DNA of 64,000 nucleotides, taken from Spirochaetia bacterium (GTDB lineage: Bacteria > Spirochaetota > Spirochaetia > DSM-2461). Below are positions 1 through 11,943 of the stretch, in pieces; the stretch's first letter is position 1, and each line of letters opens with the position of its first letter. The position numbers were made by a program, and so were the translations under genes. The stretch spans positions 3,296,001 through 3,360,000 of the forward strand of contig OY764216.1 of the NCBI GenBank assembly GCA_963668315.1. The letters run 5' to 3'. Below the pieces are notes generated by a model. It did no database searches and was not told where the DNA came from. It saw only the letters and a program-made list of their open reading frames with translations.

Positions 1-19
1 GTATTTATTAGGAATAAAG

Positions 20-1633
20 ATGATTGAATTAGAAAATGTGTTATTCAGAATGGGACTTACAGATTTGGAAGTTTTAGTAAATCCTGTTGTATATGAGCTG
101 ATCAGTTTATATGAAAAAAACCCCAATAAAAAATCTATTATATCAATGATTCTTAAAACAAATGATATGGGGACTTTCCTAATGAACAAAATCTCTAGGA
201 ATCTCATTTTTGATTTTCTTACAGATGACGAGATAAATGATCTAATCAGACAGTTAGGTATTTCTTTAAGTGTATCTTCTAGAACAGATTTACAATATAC
301 AAAATTCTCAAGTAGTAGGATTCAAATCCTAAGTGATTTTTTAGGAATAGAAATCACTTCTTTTATAGAAGAAATTACAGTAAATGAATGTATTCAAAAA
401 GTTATACCAGAATATTCTCTATTCTTTCATCAAGAAGTTGCGGTGATGAATGTTCTCAATGTTCTAGATAAAAAGAATCGAGTTCTTTTACACATGCCAA
501 CTGGATCTGGAAAAACTAGAACAAGTATGAATCTTATATCTCAGTTTTTTAGGCGTGTTATCGCAAAAGGTGGAAAACAAATAGTATTGTGGTTAGCTGA
601 TACTGAGGAATTATGCGATCAAGCTGCTGATGAATTTATAAAGGCTTGGAAGAACTTAGGTTCTTGTCCTTTGAATGTATACCGTTTTTATGGTGATCAT
701 GAGCAAGATTTTGAAAATATTAATACAGGAATTATCATTTCTGGACTTCAAAAGATGCTGTCCTTTTTATCTTGTAATCAAGAGGTTGTTTATAAATTAG
801 CTTCTTCAACAAGTCTTGTCTTTTTTGATGAAGCTCATAAAATAATTGCTCCTACATATAAACATCTTGTAGAGTTATTTACATTGACAGTATCACAAAA
901 AACGAAATTAATTGGTCTTACTGCAACACCAGGGAGATCAATCGTTGATGAAAGTGAAAATGATAGGTTAGCATCTTTTTTTGATTATTCGAAAGTTACA
1001 TTAAGAGTTGAAGGATATGATAATCCAGTTGAATATCTACAAGATGAGGGATATTTAGCTCAAGTCGAATATCATGAAATACCATATTATTCGGAAAATC
1101 TATCGCTTACACAAAGTGAGATAGATCAGATTTCAAGTGGAAATGATATTAGTATACGAATATTAAAAAAACTTGGGCTTGATGCTGTTAGAAACTTAAA
1201 GGTGCTTAATAAAACATTAGATGAAGTTAAGTTAAATAGTCATATTATTATATTTGCTTGTTCTGTTGAAAATGCCATAGCCATAAATTCATTATTACAA
1301 TATAAGGATATAAAAAGCGGGATTGTAATTTCAAAACAGGATAAGACTACACGTCGGCTAACTATTGAGAAGTATAGAACTGGAGAATTGGATGTTATTG
1401 TTAATTATGGTGTATTAACTACAGGTTTTGATGTTCCTAGTACAAATGTGGCGATTATAGCAAGGCCAACAATGTCATTAACTCTTTATAGTCAAATGGT
1501 TGGTCGAGCAATTCGAGGAGAAAAAGCTGGTGGAAATAGTCATAGTAGGATTTATACGGTAGTTGATAATATAATTCCTGGATTTAGAAGTGTTGTTAAG
1601 TCATTTGACCATTGGGATGATGTCTGGAAGTAA
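20..1633 (+). CDS. SF2 DEAD/DEAH-box helicase (possibly SspFGH-type restriction component)
   Basis: Motifs MPTGSGKT, FFDEAH, GLTATP, TTGFDVP, QMVGRAIR; directly upstream of the ssp modification genes. Confidence 0.85.
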   Translation: MIELENVLFRMGLTDLEVLVNPVVYELISLYEKNPNKKSIISMILKTNDMGTFLMNKISRNLIFDFLTDDEINDLIRQLGISLSVSSRTDLQYTKFSSSRIQILSDFLGIEITSFIEEITVNECIQKVIPEYSLFFHQEVAVMNVLNVLDKKNRVLLHMPTGSGKTRTSMNLISQFFRRVIAKGGKQIVLWLADTEELCDQAADEFIKAWKNLGSCPLNVYRFYGDHEQDFENINTGIIISGLQKMLSFLSCNQEVVYKLASSTSLVFFDEAHKIIAPTYKHLVELFTLTVSQKTKLIGLTATPGRSIVDESENDRLASFFDYSKVTLRVEGYDNPVEYLQDEGYLAQVEYHEIPYYSENLSLTQSEIDQISSGNDISIRILKKLGLDAVRNLKVLNKTLDEVKLNSHIIIFACSVENAIAINSLLQYKDIKSGIVISKQDKTTRRLTIEKYRTGELDVIVNYGVLTTGFDVPSTNVAIIARPTMSLTLYSQMVGRAIRGEKAGGNSHSRIYTVVDNIIPGFRSVVKSFDHWDDVWK

Positions 1634-1648
1634 TAGGAGAGATAATAG

Positions 1649-3451
1649 ATGGATTATAGAATATTTCCTACTGAATTAGTAATAGATTCTATGAAGGATA
1701 GTGGTTACAAAGATGCCGCTCATGCTGTTGCCGAATTGATTGATAATAGCATTCAGGCAGGTGAGGAATTAAGTCAAAAAACTGAAGTTGAGTTGATTTG
1801 TATAGAAAAAGATCAATTTTTATCTGAAAGAAGAACATCGCATATAGAGAAAATTGCTGTCTACGATAATGCTTGTGGAATGACAAAAGATATTCTTTCT
1901 TTTGCTTTGGCTTTTGGTCATGGAACTAGAAAAAATGCTTCATCAGGAATGGGGAAATTCGGAATGGGATTACCTAATGCTTCAATTTCTCAATGTGATA
2001 GAGTTGATGTATGGAGTTGGGTTAATAACGAAATCTACCATACTTATTTGGATATAGATGAAATTATAGAACAGAAAAAAGAGATTGTTCCTGAACCCGT
2101 ATTAAAGGAATTCTTACCTGTGGAATGGGTAAAACGAATTTCTTCTGAAATTCGAGAGTCGGGAACTTTAATTGTTTGGAGTAAACTAGAACGGTTAAAA
2201 TGGAAAAGGCATAAAGCATTTTTTTCAAATACAGAATTTATTATTGGACGAATGTATAGATATTTTATTCGTGATAATAAATGCTCTATTCGATTTGCAG
2301 CATATTCAAAAGATAGCACCGTATTAGCAGAAACATACGTTAAACCAAATGATCCATTATATTTAATGACGAATTCGCAGGCCCCTTTTATTAAAGATAT
2401 TAATTGGGATTGTTCATCAGAGTCTGCCTTTTTTAATATAAATCCGACAGATCAAGAACTTAAAGTTAAATATAAAGGTTCTGAATCGTCAATATTTATC
2501 AGAACTACAAAAGCAAGAAAGGAAATAAGAAGACCTCTTGCTGAGTTAGGTAAAAACCCAGGTGATACTGCATTAGGTAAACAATGTGCTAAAAATCAAG
2601 GAATCTCAATTGTTCGATCAGGGAGAGAATTGGAATTAAATCGAAGTTTTGACATTGCATATGATCCTGTCGAGAGATTTTGGGGAATGGAGATCGAATT
2701 TTCTCCCTGTTTGGACGAAGTCTTTGGAGTAACAAATAATAAACAAGCGGCTACAGCTTTTAAACCTTATGATCGAAAAGAATTAGCAGAAGATGAGGGT
2801 TTGTTGCTATTTGAGTTTGAAGAGTATTTGGAGAATGAAGATGAAGCAAGATTCATTCTTCTGCAGGTGTCAAATGCTATAACAAGTCATTTGAAAGCGA
2901 TAAGAGCTGAATTAAAAAGAGATACAGAAGGTGTAAAAAAGAAGAATCAATCTGAAAATATAGATAGATCGGAACAAATTGCATCCGAATATAAATTGAC
3001 TGATGGTGAAACTGGATATAGTGAAACTCATAGTTTAGAACTCTCCGAAGATGATAAGAGACAAGAAATAATTGATGAATTACATTTTGATGGTTTAGAC
3101 CTTGATGATGAATTAATTGAACAAATTGTTCAGAATTGGCTTGATAAGGAAGGCTATATAATCACATCTGCTCCTATTAGAGCAAGTAGAGTTATATTTG
3201 ATGTCTCTTATCCGGCAGGGAAGCTTAAAGTTACTGTGAATGAGAATCATCCCGCGTTCAAACATTTTATTTCAGAACTAGATGAAGATGAGAGCGGAAA
3301 AGATATATTAAGACTTCTCTTTGCATCATGGGCTCGTTTAGAAGATAAGTATAGACTTCAATCAGATAAAGACGCTGAATTATTTGAGCAGATTAGAATG
3401 GAGTGGGGACAGATTGCAGAGAAGATGATTAGCAAATATATAGATTCTTAA
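1649..3451 (+). CDS. GHKL/MORC-type ATPase (possibly SspFGH-type component)
   Basis: AELIDNSIQA, DNACGM, GKFGMGLP, GTLIVW motifs; 15 nt after the helicase. Confidence 0.8.
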   Translation: MDYRIFPTELVIDSMKDSGYKDAAHAVAELIDNSIQAGEELSQKTEVELICIEKDQFLSERRTSHIEKIAVYDNACGMTKDILSFALAFGHGTRKNASSGMGKFGMGLPNASISQCDRVDVWSWVNNEIYHTYLDIDEIIEQKKEIVPEPVLKEFLPVEWVKRISSEIRESGTLIVWSKLERLKWKRHKAFFSNTEFIIGRMYRYFIRDNKCSIRFAAYSKDSTVLAETYVKPNDPLYLMTNSQAPFIKDINWDCSSESAFFNINPTDQELKVKYKGSESSIFIRTTKARKEIRRPLAELGKNPGDTALGKQCAKNQGISIVRSGRELELNRSFDIAYDPVERFWGMEIEFSPCLDEVFGVTNNKQAATAFKPYDRKELAEDEGLLLFEFEEYLENEDEARFILLQVSNAITSHLKAIRAELKRDTEGVKKKNQSENIDRSEQIASEYKLTDGETGYSETHSLELSEDDKRQEIIDELHFDGLDLDDELIEQIVQNWLDKEGYIITSAPIRASRVIFDVSYPAGKLKVTVNENHPAFKHFISELDEDESGKDILRLLFASWARLEDKYRLQSDKDAELFEQIRMEWGQIAEKMISKYIDS

Positions 3452-3551
3452 TGATGCTTCTCTATAATTATACCACTTGAATTAAAATTAACCTTTCTAT
3501 TTTCTCAATAGGAGTATATACTATAAAGTATCTCTGGGGAGGGGTAAAACT

Positions 3552-4730
3552 ATGCTTCCAGAAATGGATTCGAGCATATATTTTGATAATAATGCCACAA
3601 CACGACTAATTCCCGAAGTTATAGAAGAGCTTGAAAAAGTCATAGTAACACCCTACGGAAATCCTTCAAGCGCTCATAGTTTCGGAGATTTTAGTCGTAA
3701 AATAATTCAAAATGCTCGAAATAATGTCTCCTTATTATTAGGTTGTAATGATGATCAGATAATGTTTACATCAGGTGCATCAGAAGCGAATCTAACTGTT
3801 CTTCAAAATGTACTGAATCGTAATGATGTCGCAAAATGCATAATTACATCACCTTCTGAGCATTCCTCAATTAAAGAGAACTGTGCCTTTCTATCATTTA
3901 AAGGTTTTCATGTTATTGAGCTAAGTTTAGATTCAAATGGAATAGTGAATATTGATCAACTGAAGAAGATTGTTGAAGAACATGATATCTCATTAGTCAC
4001 GATCGGGTGGGCTAATAATGAAACCGGTGTGATACAACCGATAGAAGAGATTGCTACAATATGTAAAGAAAGCAATATCCCCTTTCATACAGATGCTTCA
4101 CAATTTTTTGGAAGAGGTAAAATTGACGTTTCAAAGTTGAATATAGATTTTTTATCTTTTACAGGTCATAAATTGCATGCTCCACAAGGTATTGGTGCTT
4201 TATATGTTAAAACACCAAAGATGTTTATCCCTTTGCAACGTGGGGGAGAGCAGGAGCATCATATGAGAGCTGGGACTGAGAATGTTTTAGGGATTGCTGG
4301 ATTAGGCAAGGCAATTGAGTTGAGAATTCGTGATTTTGAAGATTCTCAACAGAGACTTCAATATTTAAGGGATTACTTCGAGAAATCAATCGAAAAGCAA
4401 ATTGATGGTATTAGGATAAATGGGAAAAAAACTCTGCGTACTCCAAATACAAGCAATATTCAATTTTGCGGTATTGATGGTAGAGCCTTAGTTGCTCAAT
4501 TAGATATGGCTGATGTGTATTGTTCTCAAACTTCTGCATGCACAAGTATGATTCCTGAGCCTTCAGCAACATTAAGAGCTATGGGACTATCTGTGGATGA
4601 AGCATTTGCATCAATACGGTTTAGTTTTGCTATAGATAATACATTCGAAGAGATAGATAGAGCGGTAGCTATTATTAAAGAAAAAGTGGAAACGATTAGA
4701 AGGTTTTATAACCTCCGGGGAGCAATATGA
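3552..4730 (+). CDS. sspA: Cysteine desulfurase (SspA/DndA-like)
   Basis: YFDNNATT, GNPSS, GHKLHAPQG (PLP Lys), TSACTS (catalytic Cys); ATGA overlap with next gene. Confidence 0.9.
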   Translation: MLPEMDSSIYFDNNATTRLIPEVIEELEKVIVTPYGNPSSAHSFGDFSRKIIQNARNNVSLLLGCNDDQIMFTSGASEANLTVLQNVLNRNDVAKCIITSPSEHSSIKENCAFLSFKGFHVIELSLDSNGIVNIDQLKKIVEEHDISLVTIGWANNETGVIQPIEEIATICKESNIPFHTDASQFFGRGKIDVSKLNIDFLSFTGHKLHAPQGIGALYVKTPKMFIPLQRGGEQEHHMRAGTENVLGIAGLGKAIELRIRDFEDSQQRLQYLRDYFEKSIEKQIDGIRINGKKTLRTPNTSNIQFCGIDGRALVAQLDMADVYCSQTSACTSMIPEPSATLRAMGLSVDEAFASIRFSFAIDNTFEEIDRAVAIIKEKVETIRRFYNLRGAI

Positions 4731-5647
4731 GATTTGGTGGTCATCAAACATTCTCAATACGAGATGGTTGGTTGTATAAAGGTCTTGAATTACTAATGGA
4801 TACAACAGAAGCCTGGAAGTTAACGGATGATTTTGCCATGGATTATTTGGGTGTTGGTCGAAATATGGCTAAATCTATCAACCACTGGTTGCTTGCGACA
4901 GGTTTAGCAGAGAAAGCAACTGAGACTAATGAAAAGGGCAAGACTATCATAAAAAAGGACTTAATTCCGACTCCTCTTGCTCAAATAATATGGAATAAAG
5001 ATCCCTATTTTCTTGATTTAAATACATGGTGGTTTCTTCATATTAATCTCATTCATAACGAAAGTGACGCAGCTTCATGGAATTGGTTTTTTAATAATTT
5101 CTCTATGGAGAGATTTCAAAAAGAAAAATGTGTTAAGAGTTTGGAGCGATATGAGAAAATCCATTCATCAAGAGTTCCTTCCATTACGACCCTTGATAGG
5201 GATATTAGTTGTTTATTAAGCAGTTATTCTGTAGATATCCCTTCCATGAAGAAAGATCCGGAAGATGAGATTGATTGTCCTTTCCAAGAATTAGGATTAA
5301 TGAAGTCATTTAGACATTCCGGATTTTTTGAATTAAATAGGAACAGTAAGGATATTTGTCCAGAAGTCTTTTTATATGCATTAACATTATCGAATCCATC
5401 AGATAGTGATATTAAGAAAATTGATATTCCTTTCTTTGATATGATCAATAAGCAAAGTAGTCCTAGTAAGGTTTTTCTTCTTGGGAATGAAGGTGTTTTT
5501 GAGCTTTTATTAGCATTGGAAGCAAAATCTTCAGATATATCGATTCATGGTTTAGCGGGAGAGAGACTAATTCAGTACACCAATAATTCCCCTATTCATT
5601 GGATAAAACGTTATTTTGAACAAGACTCAGAGAGAGAAGCTATATGA
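4727..5647 (+). CDS. sspB: DUF4007 family protein SspB
   Basis: N-terminal FGGHQTFSIRDGWLYKG, LGVGRNM, DPYF, CPFQELGL; operon context. Confidence 0.85.
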   Translation: MRFGGHQTFSIRDGWLYKGLELLMDTTEAWKLTDDFAMDYLGVGRNMAKSINHWLLATGLAEKATETNEKGKTIIKKDLIPTPLAQIIWNKDPYFLDLNTWWFLHINLIHNESDAASWNWFFNNFSMERFQKEKCVKSLERYEKIHSSRVPSITTLDRDISCLLSSYSVDIPSMKKDPEDEIDCPFQELGLMKSFRHSGFFELNRNSKDICPEVFLYALTLSNPSDSDIKKIDIPFFDMINKQSSPSKVFLLGNEGVFELLLALEAKSSDISIHGLAGERLIQYTNNSPIHWIKRYFEQDSEREAI

Positions 5648-8600
5648 TTGCAGAAAAAGAAAGTTTAAACATTCAAGATATATTAAGATCTATCAATATT
5701 TTATATGATGCAGAAAACGCACAGCGAATTGCTCATTTTCAACCGACAAGCAAAGCTGTTGTTCTTATAGAGTCATTACTAGGTCTTAGGAAGGACAAAG
5801 CCTTTTTTATATCTGCTCCTTATGGTTCTGGTAAGTCTATTACTAGCACATATTTATTACATAGTATTGAAAACCGAAAAGAGTCATATGATGTTCTAAA
5901 TTCATTACATGATCGCGTTATTAACGTTTCACCGGATGCGGGGACACTATTAAAATCTCGTTTAACACAAGGAAATAAAGGAATTGTGATAGCTCTTCAG
6001 GGTTATCAGGAAAATCTGAATGATGCTATAAAACAAGCGATAATACATAGTCTAGAAAGGCATAAACTAGATTCAAACAAAATCCTAGAAGGATTGAAGT
6101 TCAACAGTCTAAATAATGCTATTCAAAGTATAATAGAGGTTAGATCTAAAGGATTCGATAGTATCTGTATTATTTGGGATGAGTTTGGACGTCATATCGA
6201 GAGTTTGATTGAAGAAGGACAGTCATCTCAGTTAAATCATCTCCAAACCCTTGCTGAGTTTGCTAGCCGTTCGGATGTTCCTTTTACATTGGGACTTCTT
6301 TTGCATCAGAACTTAATGAATTATGCAGGAAAAACTCCTCAGTCAGTTAAACGGGAATGGAAGAAAATAGAAGGACGTTTTGAAACTATCCAATACATTG
6401 ATGATTCTAAGGAAATTTATTCTCTTATTGCTAATGTGATAGAGAATATAAAAGAGGATGATTCAGAAAAATTTATTTCTTTTCCCCAAATTGATGTCTT
6501 CCATCAGAATAAACTTTTCCTTGAATTCTCTAAAGAACAATTATTTGAAATCTTCAAAAAGGCTTTTCCATTATCTCCTGCCGCTCTATTTATATTGCCA
6601 AAATTATCTTCTCGTATTGCCCAGCATGAGAGAACACTCTTTACTTTTCTCAATGCGGTAGATTTTAAGCAGAGAATCCACGTCGGTGTCTTATACGATT
6701 ATTTCTCCGATGCCATGAGTCAAGATACAGCTGTAGGTGGAGTTTACCATCAGTGGTCCGTAACAGAGAGTGCTATTAGTAAGGTTGATGATCCTTTTGA
6801 AATTGAAGTATTGAAAACTCTCAGTTTGTTGAACGTTTCTACGGCAATTGATAAGGGGAGAGTCTCAAAAGATTTATTATCTGAATCATTACAGCAAAAT
6901 GGTTTTGATGATCATGCAATTAGTAGTGTAGTTGATCGTTTACTAGAGAAAAAACTACTTCTTTATAGAAAGAATACTGATTCTATTACAATTTGGCATG
7001 GCACTGAAGTGGATTTATTCAGCCGATTGCGAGATGAGAAGGATCGTTTATCTAGTTCTTTTGATGTAATCGAATATATCGAGACCCATTTTGAGCCAAC
7101 ACACTGGAAACCCGTTGAATATAATAATCAGAATAAGATTCATCGTTATTTTAGAAGCGAGTACATTGGATTTGAAAAATTAAAGATTCTTATTAGCGAA
7201 GGAATTGATAGTCTATTCAAAAATAATTACGACGATGGACGATTGTTTTTTTATATTCCTTCATCAGACGATGAATTAAAGATGGGGAAAAACCTTATTT
7301 TTGAAGAGGGACAGCACAATCAAATCCTATGGGCAATTCCTCATAATAAGTTAGATATATATGATATAGCCCTTGAAGTTGCAAGCTATACAAATATGCT
7401 TGAAGACACATCTTTATTAGAATCTGATCCTTTTATCGAAGATGAAATTAATCAACTATTAGATGATTCAATGGAGTATCTTCAGAAGCTTGTAGATACA
7501 GCAACTAAGCCATCTAAGAAAGGGCCAATTTTTATATACAGTAATGATGCAATTGCGATTTCTTCACCCCGAGAGTTACGTAATTATCTTTCTTATATCA
7601 TGAATGATGTATTTAATCTGACTCCAATTTTAAATAATGAGATGATTGTTAAGCAAAATCTCCGTTCTAATCTTGTTAATGGTAGAAAGAAATTACTCTT
7701 TGCTATTATGGATAATACGGGAGCAAAGGATTTGAATCTTGAAGGATTTACTCCCGATGTTTCTATGTTTAGATCCTTACTCTTAAATTCTGGTTTATAC
7801 AGGCAGGTAGGAACAGGGGAGGGTGTTGATACTTGGGTTTTTGCTAAAACATCAGAAATCAGAGATGAAGGTCTAAAAGCTGTCTGGGAAGAACTACAGA
7901 GATTCTTTACAACACCTGGTGAGAAAAAACAATTTTCTCAATTGCTTGATAATTTAAAAAGACCTCCCTATGGATTAAGAAAAGGCGTTATACCCATTCT
8001 AATTGCCAGTGCCTTAAGAGCCTTTCCGAGTGTCATTTCTATAACACATATGAAAGAAGGATATTTAAGCGATATACTTCCTTCTGATTTGGAGAAAATT
8101 TGCGAGTCTCCAGAAGAGTATCTTTTAGCTGTGGAATCTTTAAATGATACGAGAACTCTTTTATTAACAAAATTATATGAGTTGTTTGCTCCTGAAGGAA
8201 ATATCAGTTCCCGTGAAATGGATTTAATTAGAAAGACATATGACGCTATAGAAATGTGGAAGAGTAACCTTCCTGAAGCCTCTATGACTTCTCGACGAAT
8301 ATCTCAGGATACTAGGATTTTTCAAGAGATTATTCGATCGATAAAAGATCCTCGTAATACTTTCTTTCAAAAGATCCCGAGTAAGTTCAATAGTACTGAT
8401 ATCGATTATCTTTTTTCTGCTGTTAAGAAAAGCAAAGAGGAGTTAGAAGGGATAACTGAAGCTTATTACGACTTAGCAGCAAAAAGTATTCTGAGCACCT
8501 TACAAATGCCTTCTTTGGAAATATCCGGTGTTAGTCATGCTGTAGGGACCTGGGTCACGTATCTACCGGATGAACTCTTCAAACGGTTTAAAGACTCTAT

Positions 8601-8934
8601 TGCTAAAGCCTTATTAGTCCGATTAAGAATGCCCTATGAAGATCATCGATTATTGATAGATTCCGTTGCTGGGTTATTGATCGGAAAACCCGTTAGCAAA
8701 TGGGATGATAGTACATTTACTGTTTTCGAAAGAGAGTTTCAAGAGAACATTCACCGTATAGAAGATTATGTACTGAATCATACTCCCCAGGGGCATAAGG
8801 GTAAGGCACATATGAATCTTGCTAATTTAGCACTAACCAGAATTGATTCCCTTTATAGGAAAGTCTGTGATCTTATCGGAGATGAAGAAGAAGCAAGACG
8901 TCTTATAAATGAGAAGTTAAATGGAGGAATATAA
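5644..8934 (+). CDS. sspC: P-loop ATPase SspC
   Basis: APYGSGKS Walker A, IIWDEFG Walker B, EWKKIEGRF, QHERTLFTFL; lies between sspB and sspD. Confidence 0.85.
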   Translation: MIAEKESLNIQDILRSINILYDAENAQRIAHFQPTSKAVVLIESLLGLRKDKAFFISAPYGSGKSITSTYLLHSIENRKESYDVLNSLHDRVINVSPDAGTLLKSRLTQGNKGIVIALQGYQENLNDAIKQAIIHSLERHKLDSNKILEGLKFNSLNNAIQSIIEVRSKGFDSICIIWDEFGRHIESLIEEGQSSQLNHLQTLAEFASRSDVPFTLGLLLHQNLMNYAGKTPQSVKREWKKIEGRFETIQYIDDSKEIYSLIANVIENIKEDDSEKFISFPQIDVFHQNKLFLEFSKEQLFEIFKKAFPLSPAALFILPKLSSRIAQHERTLFTFLNAVDFKQRIHVGVLYDYFSDAMSQDTAVGGVYHQWSVTESAISKVDDPFEIEVLKTLSLLNVSTAIDKGRVSKDLLSESLQQNGFDDHAISSVVDRLLEKKLLLYRKNTDSITIWHGTEVDLFSRLRDEKDRLSSSFDVIEYIETHFEPTHWKPVEYNNQNKIHRYFRSEYIGFEKLKILISEGIDSLFKNNYDDGRLFFYIPSSDDELKMGKNLIFEEGQHNQILWAIPHNKLDIYDIALEVASYTNMLEDTSLLESDPFIEDEINQLLDDSMEYLQKLVDTATKPSKKGPIFIYSNDAIAISSPRELRNYLSYIMNDVFNLTPILNNEMIVKQNLRSNLVNGRKKLLFAIMDNTGAKDLNLEGFTPDVSMFRSLLLNSGLYRQVGTGEGVDTWVFAKTSEIRDEGLKAVWEELQRFFTTPGEKKQFSQLLDNLKRPPYGLRKGVIPILIASALRAFPSVISITHMKEGYLSDILPSDLEKICESPEEYLLAVESLNDTRTLLLTKLYELFAPEGNISSREMDLIRKTYDAIEMWKSNLPEASMTSRRISQDTRIFQEIIRSIKDPRNTFFQKIPSKFNSTDIDYLFSAVKKSKEELEGITEAYYDLAAKSILSTLQMPSLEISGVSHAVGTWVTYLPDELFKRFKDSIAKALLVRLRMPYEDHRLLIDSVAGLLIGKPVSKWDDSTFTVFEREFQENIHRIEDYVLNHTPQGHKGKAHMNLANLALTRIDSLYRKVCDLIGDEEEARRLINEKLNGGI

Positions 8935-9746
8935 TGGCAACATTAGAAGAAGCATTAGCTACAGTAGACAATAAAGAATATAGACATATCATTCCTGTTT
9001 CTGGAGGAAAAGATTCTGCAGCGTTAGCCATCTATATGAAACAGAAATATCCCCAGATAAATGCAGAGTATGTTTTTACTGACACAGATTGTGAACTCCC
9101 CGAGACTTATGAATATCTAGAGCGATTACAGGGGTTACTAGGAAAAGAAATACATAGAACCAATGCTCTTGATACATTAAATATAGATAGAAAACCAGGG
9201 CGCAAGGCTTTTGAGATTTATCTGAATGAACTCTATGGTGGATACCTTCCTAGTCCAAGATCTCGTTGGTGTACGGGAGTTCTAAAGATTAAACCTTTTG
9301 AACAGTGGGTAGGGAATACCACAGCTTTTAGTTATATCGGTATACGAGGTGATGAAGACAGAGAAGGTTACGTTCCCAAAAAGCCACCGAAACTTTCAGA
9401 GAAAGCCAATATTATTCCTGTTTACCCCTTTAAAGAAGATGGTATCACGCTGAGTGATGTTAAGGAGATCTTGGAAGAAGCGGGAATTGGATTACCGAAG
9501 TATTACGATTGGAGAAGTCGTTCCGGTTGTTATTTTTGCTTTTATCAGCAAATAGGGGAGTGGCAGGGGTTAAAAGAAAATCATCCTGATCTGTTTGAGA
9601 AAGCAAAATCTTTTGAAAAAACACGTGGTGATAAAAAATTTACTTGGGTAGAAGGACGATCTCTGGTCGAATTAGAAAAAATGAAGGAGCGTTTCGCTGT
9701 AGCCGATATGGATGAGACTGAAGGCTGCGCGATTTGCCATTTGTAA
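8934..9746 (+). CDS. sspD: PAPS-reductase family SspD
   Basis: PVSGGKDS PP-loop, RWCT, RSGCYFCFYQ, C-terminal CAICHL. Confidence 0.88.
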   Translation: MATLEEALATVDNKEYRHIIPVSGGKDSAALAIYMKQKYPQINAEYVFTDTDCELPETYEYLERLQGLLGKEIHRTNALDTLNIDRKPGRKAFEIYLNELYGGYLPSPRSRWCTGVLKIKPFEQWVGNTTAFSYIGIRGDEDREGYVPKKPPKLSEKANIIPVYPFKEDGITLSDVKEILEEAGIGLPKYYDWRSRSGCYFCFYQQIGEWQGLKENHPDLFEKAKSFEKTRGDKKFTWVEGRSLVELEKMKERFAVADMDETEGCAICHL

Positions 9747-9958
9747 AATTATTAACGAAACGAACTATATAGAATTAGGATGATTATTAGCATGTCTCTC
9801 CAATTGTGATTCCTGGTGATCTGGCAATATAAAAGTTCCCGATTTGTTAATAAACAAGTCATATAAATGCTAAAATATGATTTATTCAAGTCGATATGTA
9901 AAATATTATTTTATCTATTATTATAAATATTTTTCATAATAGAAATGGAGTTAGTTAA

Positions 9959-11496
9959 ATGAGTCAGCCATTTAAGCATAGTGCGGATAGTCTGCTTAGT
10001 TTTTTTTCACAACCTGGTCGCGGCTTCTACGTCCCTTATTATCAAAGAAATTATTCCTGGGATGAGGATAATGCAAGTAAACTTATATCAGACATTATTG
10101 GAGGGGTTAAGAGAGCTCTGAATAAACCCAACAATAGTATTTTTCTTGGTACAGTTATTCTGCATGATGAAAACAATGTGGAGGTGGGAGTGCATACTGA
10201 CACACCTAATCTCTTAACAAAAGTTTCGAATGTTGTTGATGGTCAACAACGGATTTCCTCTTTAGGAATGCTCGCTTGTACTCTTAGTTATATAATTCAG
10301 GATACGGTTCAAGAATTGAATCAATATATATCTTCTGCATCAGAAATTGCTACTTTAGTGCAGGAACTTCAAAATCAAAAGCTAGATCTGTTTGATTTTT
10401 TCTGTGTCGAGATAAAAAAAGGTGGAGCTCAACCAAATCTCAAACCACTAATTATCAGAGCTGGTGATGTGACATCAAATCCTGTATCTGATCAATGGAC
10501 ATTAGCAGGTAGTGGGAATCATTTTTATCGATCAAATACAGCTAGCTTTTTTTCTGAATTTATCAGTGGGAATCCTTTTCTTAGTATAAATAAAGATTCT
10601 AGAGTTGAGTGCGTAGTAAATACTTATATTGATCAAATTAAAAACGAACTTGGATCGGTTGATTCGGTTTTCGCTCGAAGTTTATTAAGTGCTAATAGTA
10701 CTCAAGGTGGGAGTCTCAATAACTTTATGGATTATCCGCCTAATCTTAGTAATATAAATAATCTGCCAAATAATGAGCAAAAAGTATTTTACAGTGGAAT
10801 GATGCTTCTAGCTATTTGTCATTTCTTAAAAAGTGCTTGTCATTTTGTAGTTATTGAATGTCAGGATGAGGGTATAGCATTTGATATGTTTCAATCTTTA
10901 AATGCAACAGGAACCCCTTTGACCGCATTTGAAGTATTCAGGCCAGTTATAGTAAAGAAATATGGAACAGGTTATGCTAGTACTATCAAGGACGAAGTTG
11001 ATCGAATAGAGAGCGTATTTGAAAAAGAAAGTACAGCTAGTGGTAAAGAGGAATTAACTGATAAAGTGATTGCTTCAGCCGCTCTTGCATATGATGGTTC
11101 AATCATAAGTAATAGATTCAGCGAAGAACGTGATTGGCTTATTGATACATTTCAGCCGCTAAGTGGGCAAAATGCTAAAGATTTTGTATGTTGTATTGCT
11201 AGTCAAGCTGAATATCGAGATAATATTATTCGTCCCAGAAAATCCCCAAAAAACTCTCAAAACATCAAACTTGTTAATCACTTGTTAAGTCTCGGTTTGA
11301 ATCCTCAGCAGGCTGATATGTCTGCATTCTGTATTTTTTATCTTCGAGATGCTGGACATAAATTTGCTCATAGCGTTATCAGTGTTTTTTATGCTAAACT
11401 TCTTTCATCTCAAGGGAACACTACTAAGGTAGCCTCTGCAGCTAATGAGTTTTTATCGATCTGTAAAGCAACAGCAGCCTTTTTTACCCTTTGGAT
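9959..11496 (+). pseudogene. sspE: SspE (DUF262 + HNH/DUF1524) 5' part, interrupted
   Basis: VPYYQRNYSW, VVDGQQR, FQSLNATG; frame joins 20522 as ...FTLW-MGGLQ after removing the insert and one GAT copy (778 aa). Confidence 0.85.
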
Positions 11497-11943
11497 TATG
11501 CTGAGCCCACAGGGTAAACCAGTACTTTAAATATTTAAGTTGGAATTCCCGATTCATGATAATATGAAAAGGGAGAAAATCAATGAAGAGAAAATTCGAT
11601 GAAGAGTTCAAAGCGAAAGTAGCACTGGAAGCGTTAAAGGAAGAAAAAACTCTTCAGGAACTGGCTGAGGAATATGAAGTACATCCGAACCAGATCAGTA
11701 TGTGGAAAAAACAGCTTATGGAAAATGCCAGTTCCCTCTTTGTCCGAAAGAATAAAAAAGACAAAGAACTGGAAGAAATGAAGAAAAAAGAGCAGGAACT
11801 TTTCAAGCAGCTGGGTGAAGCTAATTATGTGAACGAATTTCTAAAAAAAAAGTACAAACAACTATACGGGAAGGATTACAAATGATAGAGCCGGATCATA
11901 GGAAATTGTCTGTCCGGAAGCAATGTAAAATTCTCAATGTCAG
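11497..11943 (+). mobile_element. IS3-family element A, 5' 447 bp only (orfA 11583..11885)
   Basis: Matches 19241..19687; truncated at the IS256 junction. Confidence 0.9.

Noticed and set aside
4727..9746. BREX type 4 (also has DUF4007 and PAPS reductase)
   Set aside because: No PglZ or BrxL seen; a cysteine desulfurase and an SspE-like gene favour Ssp
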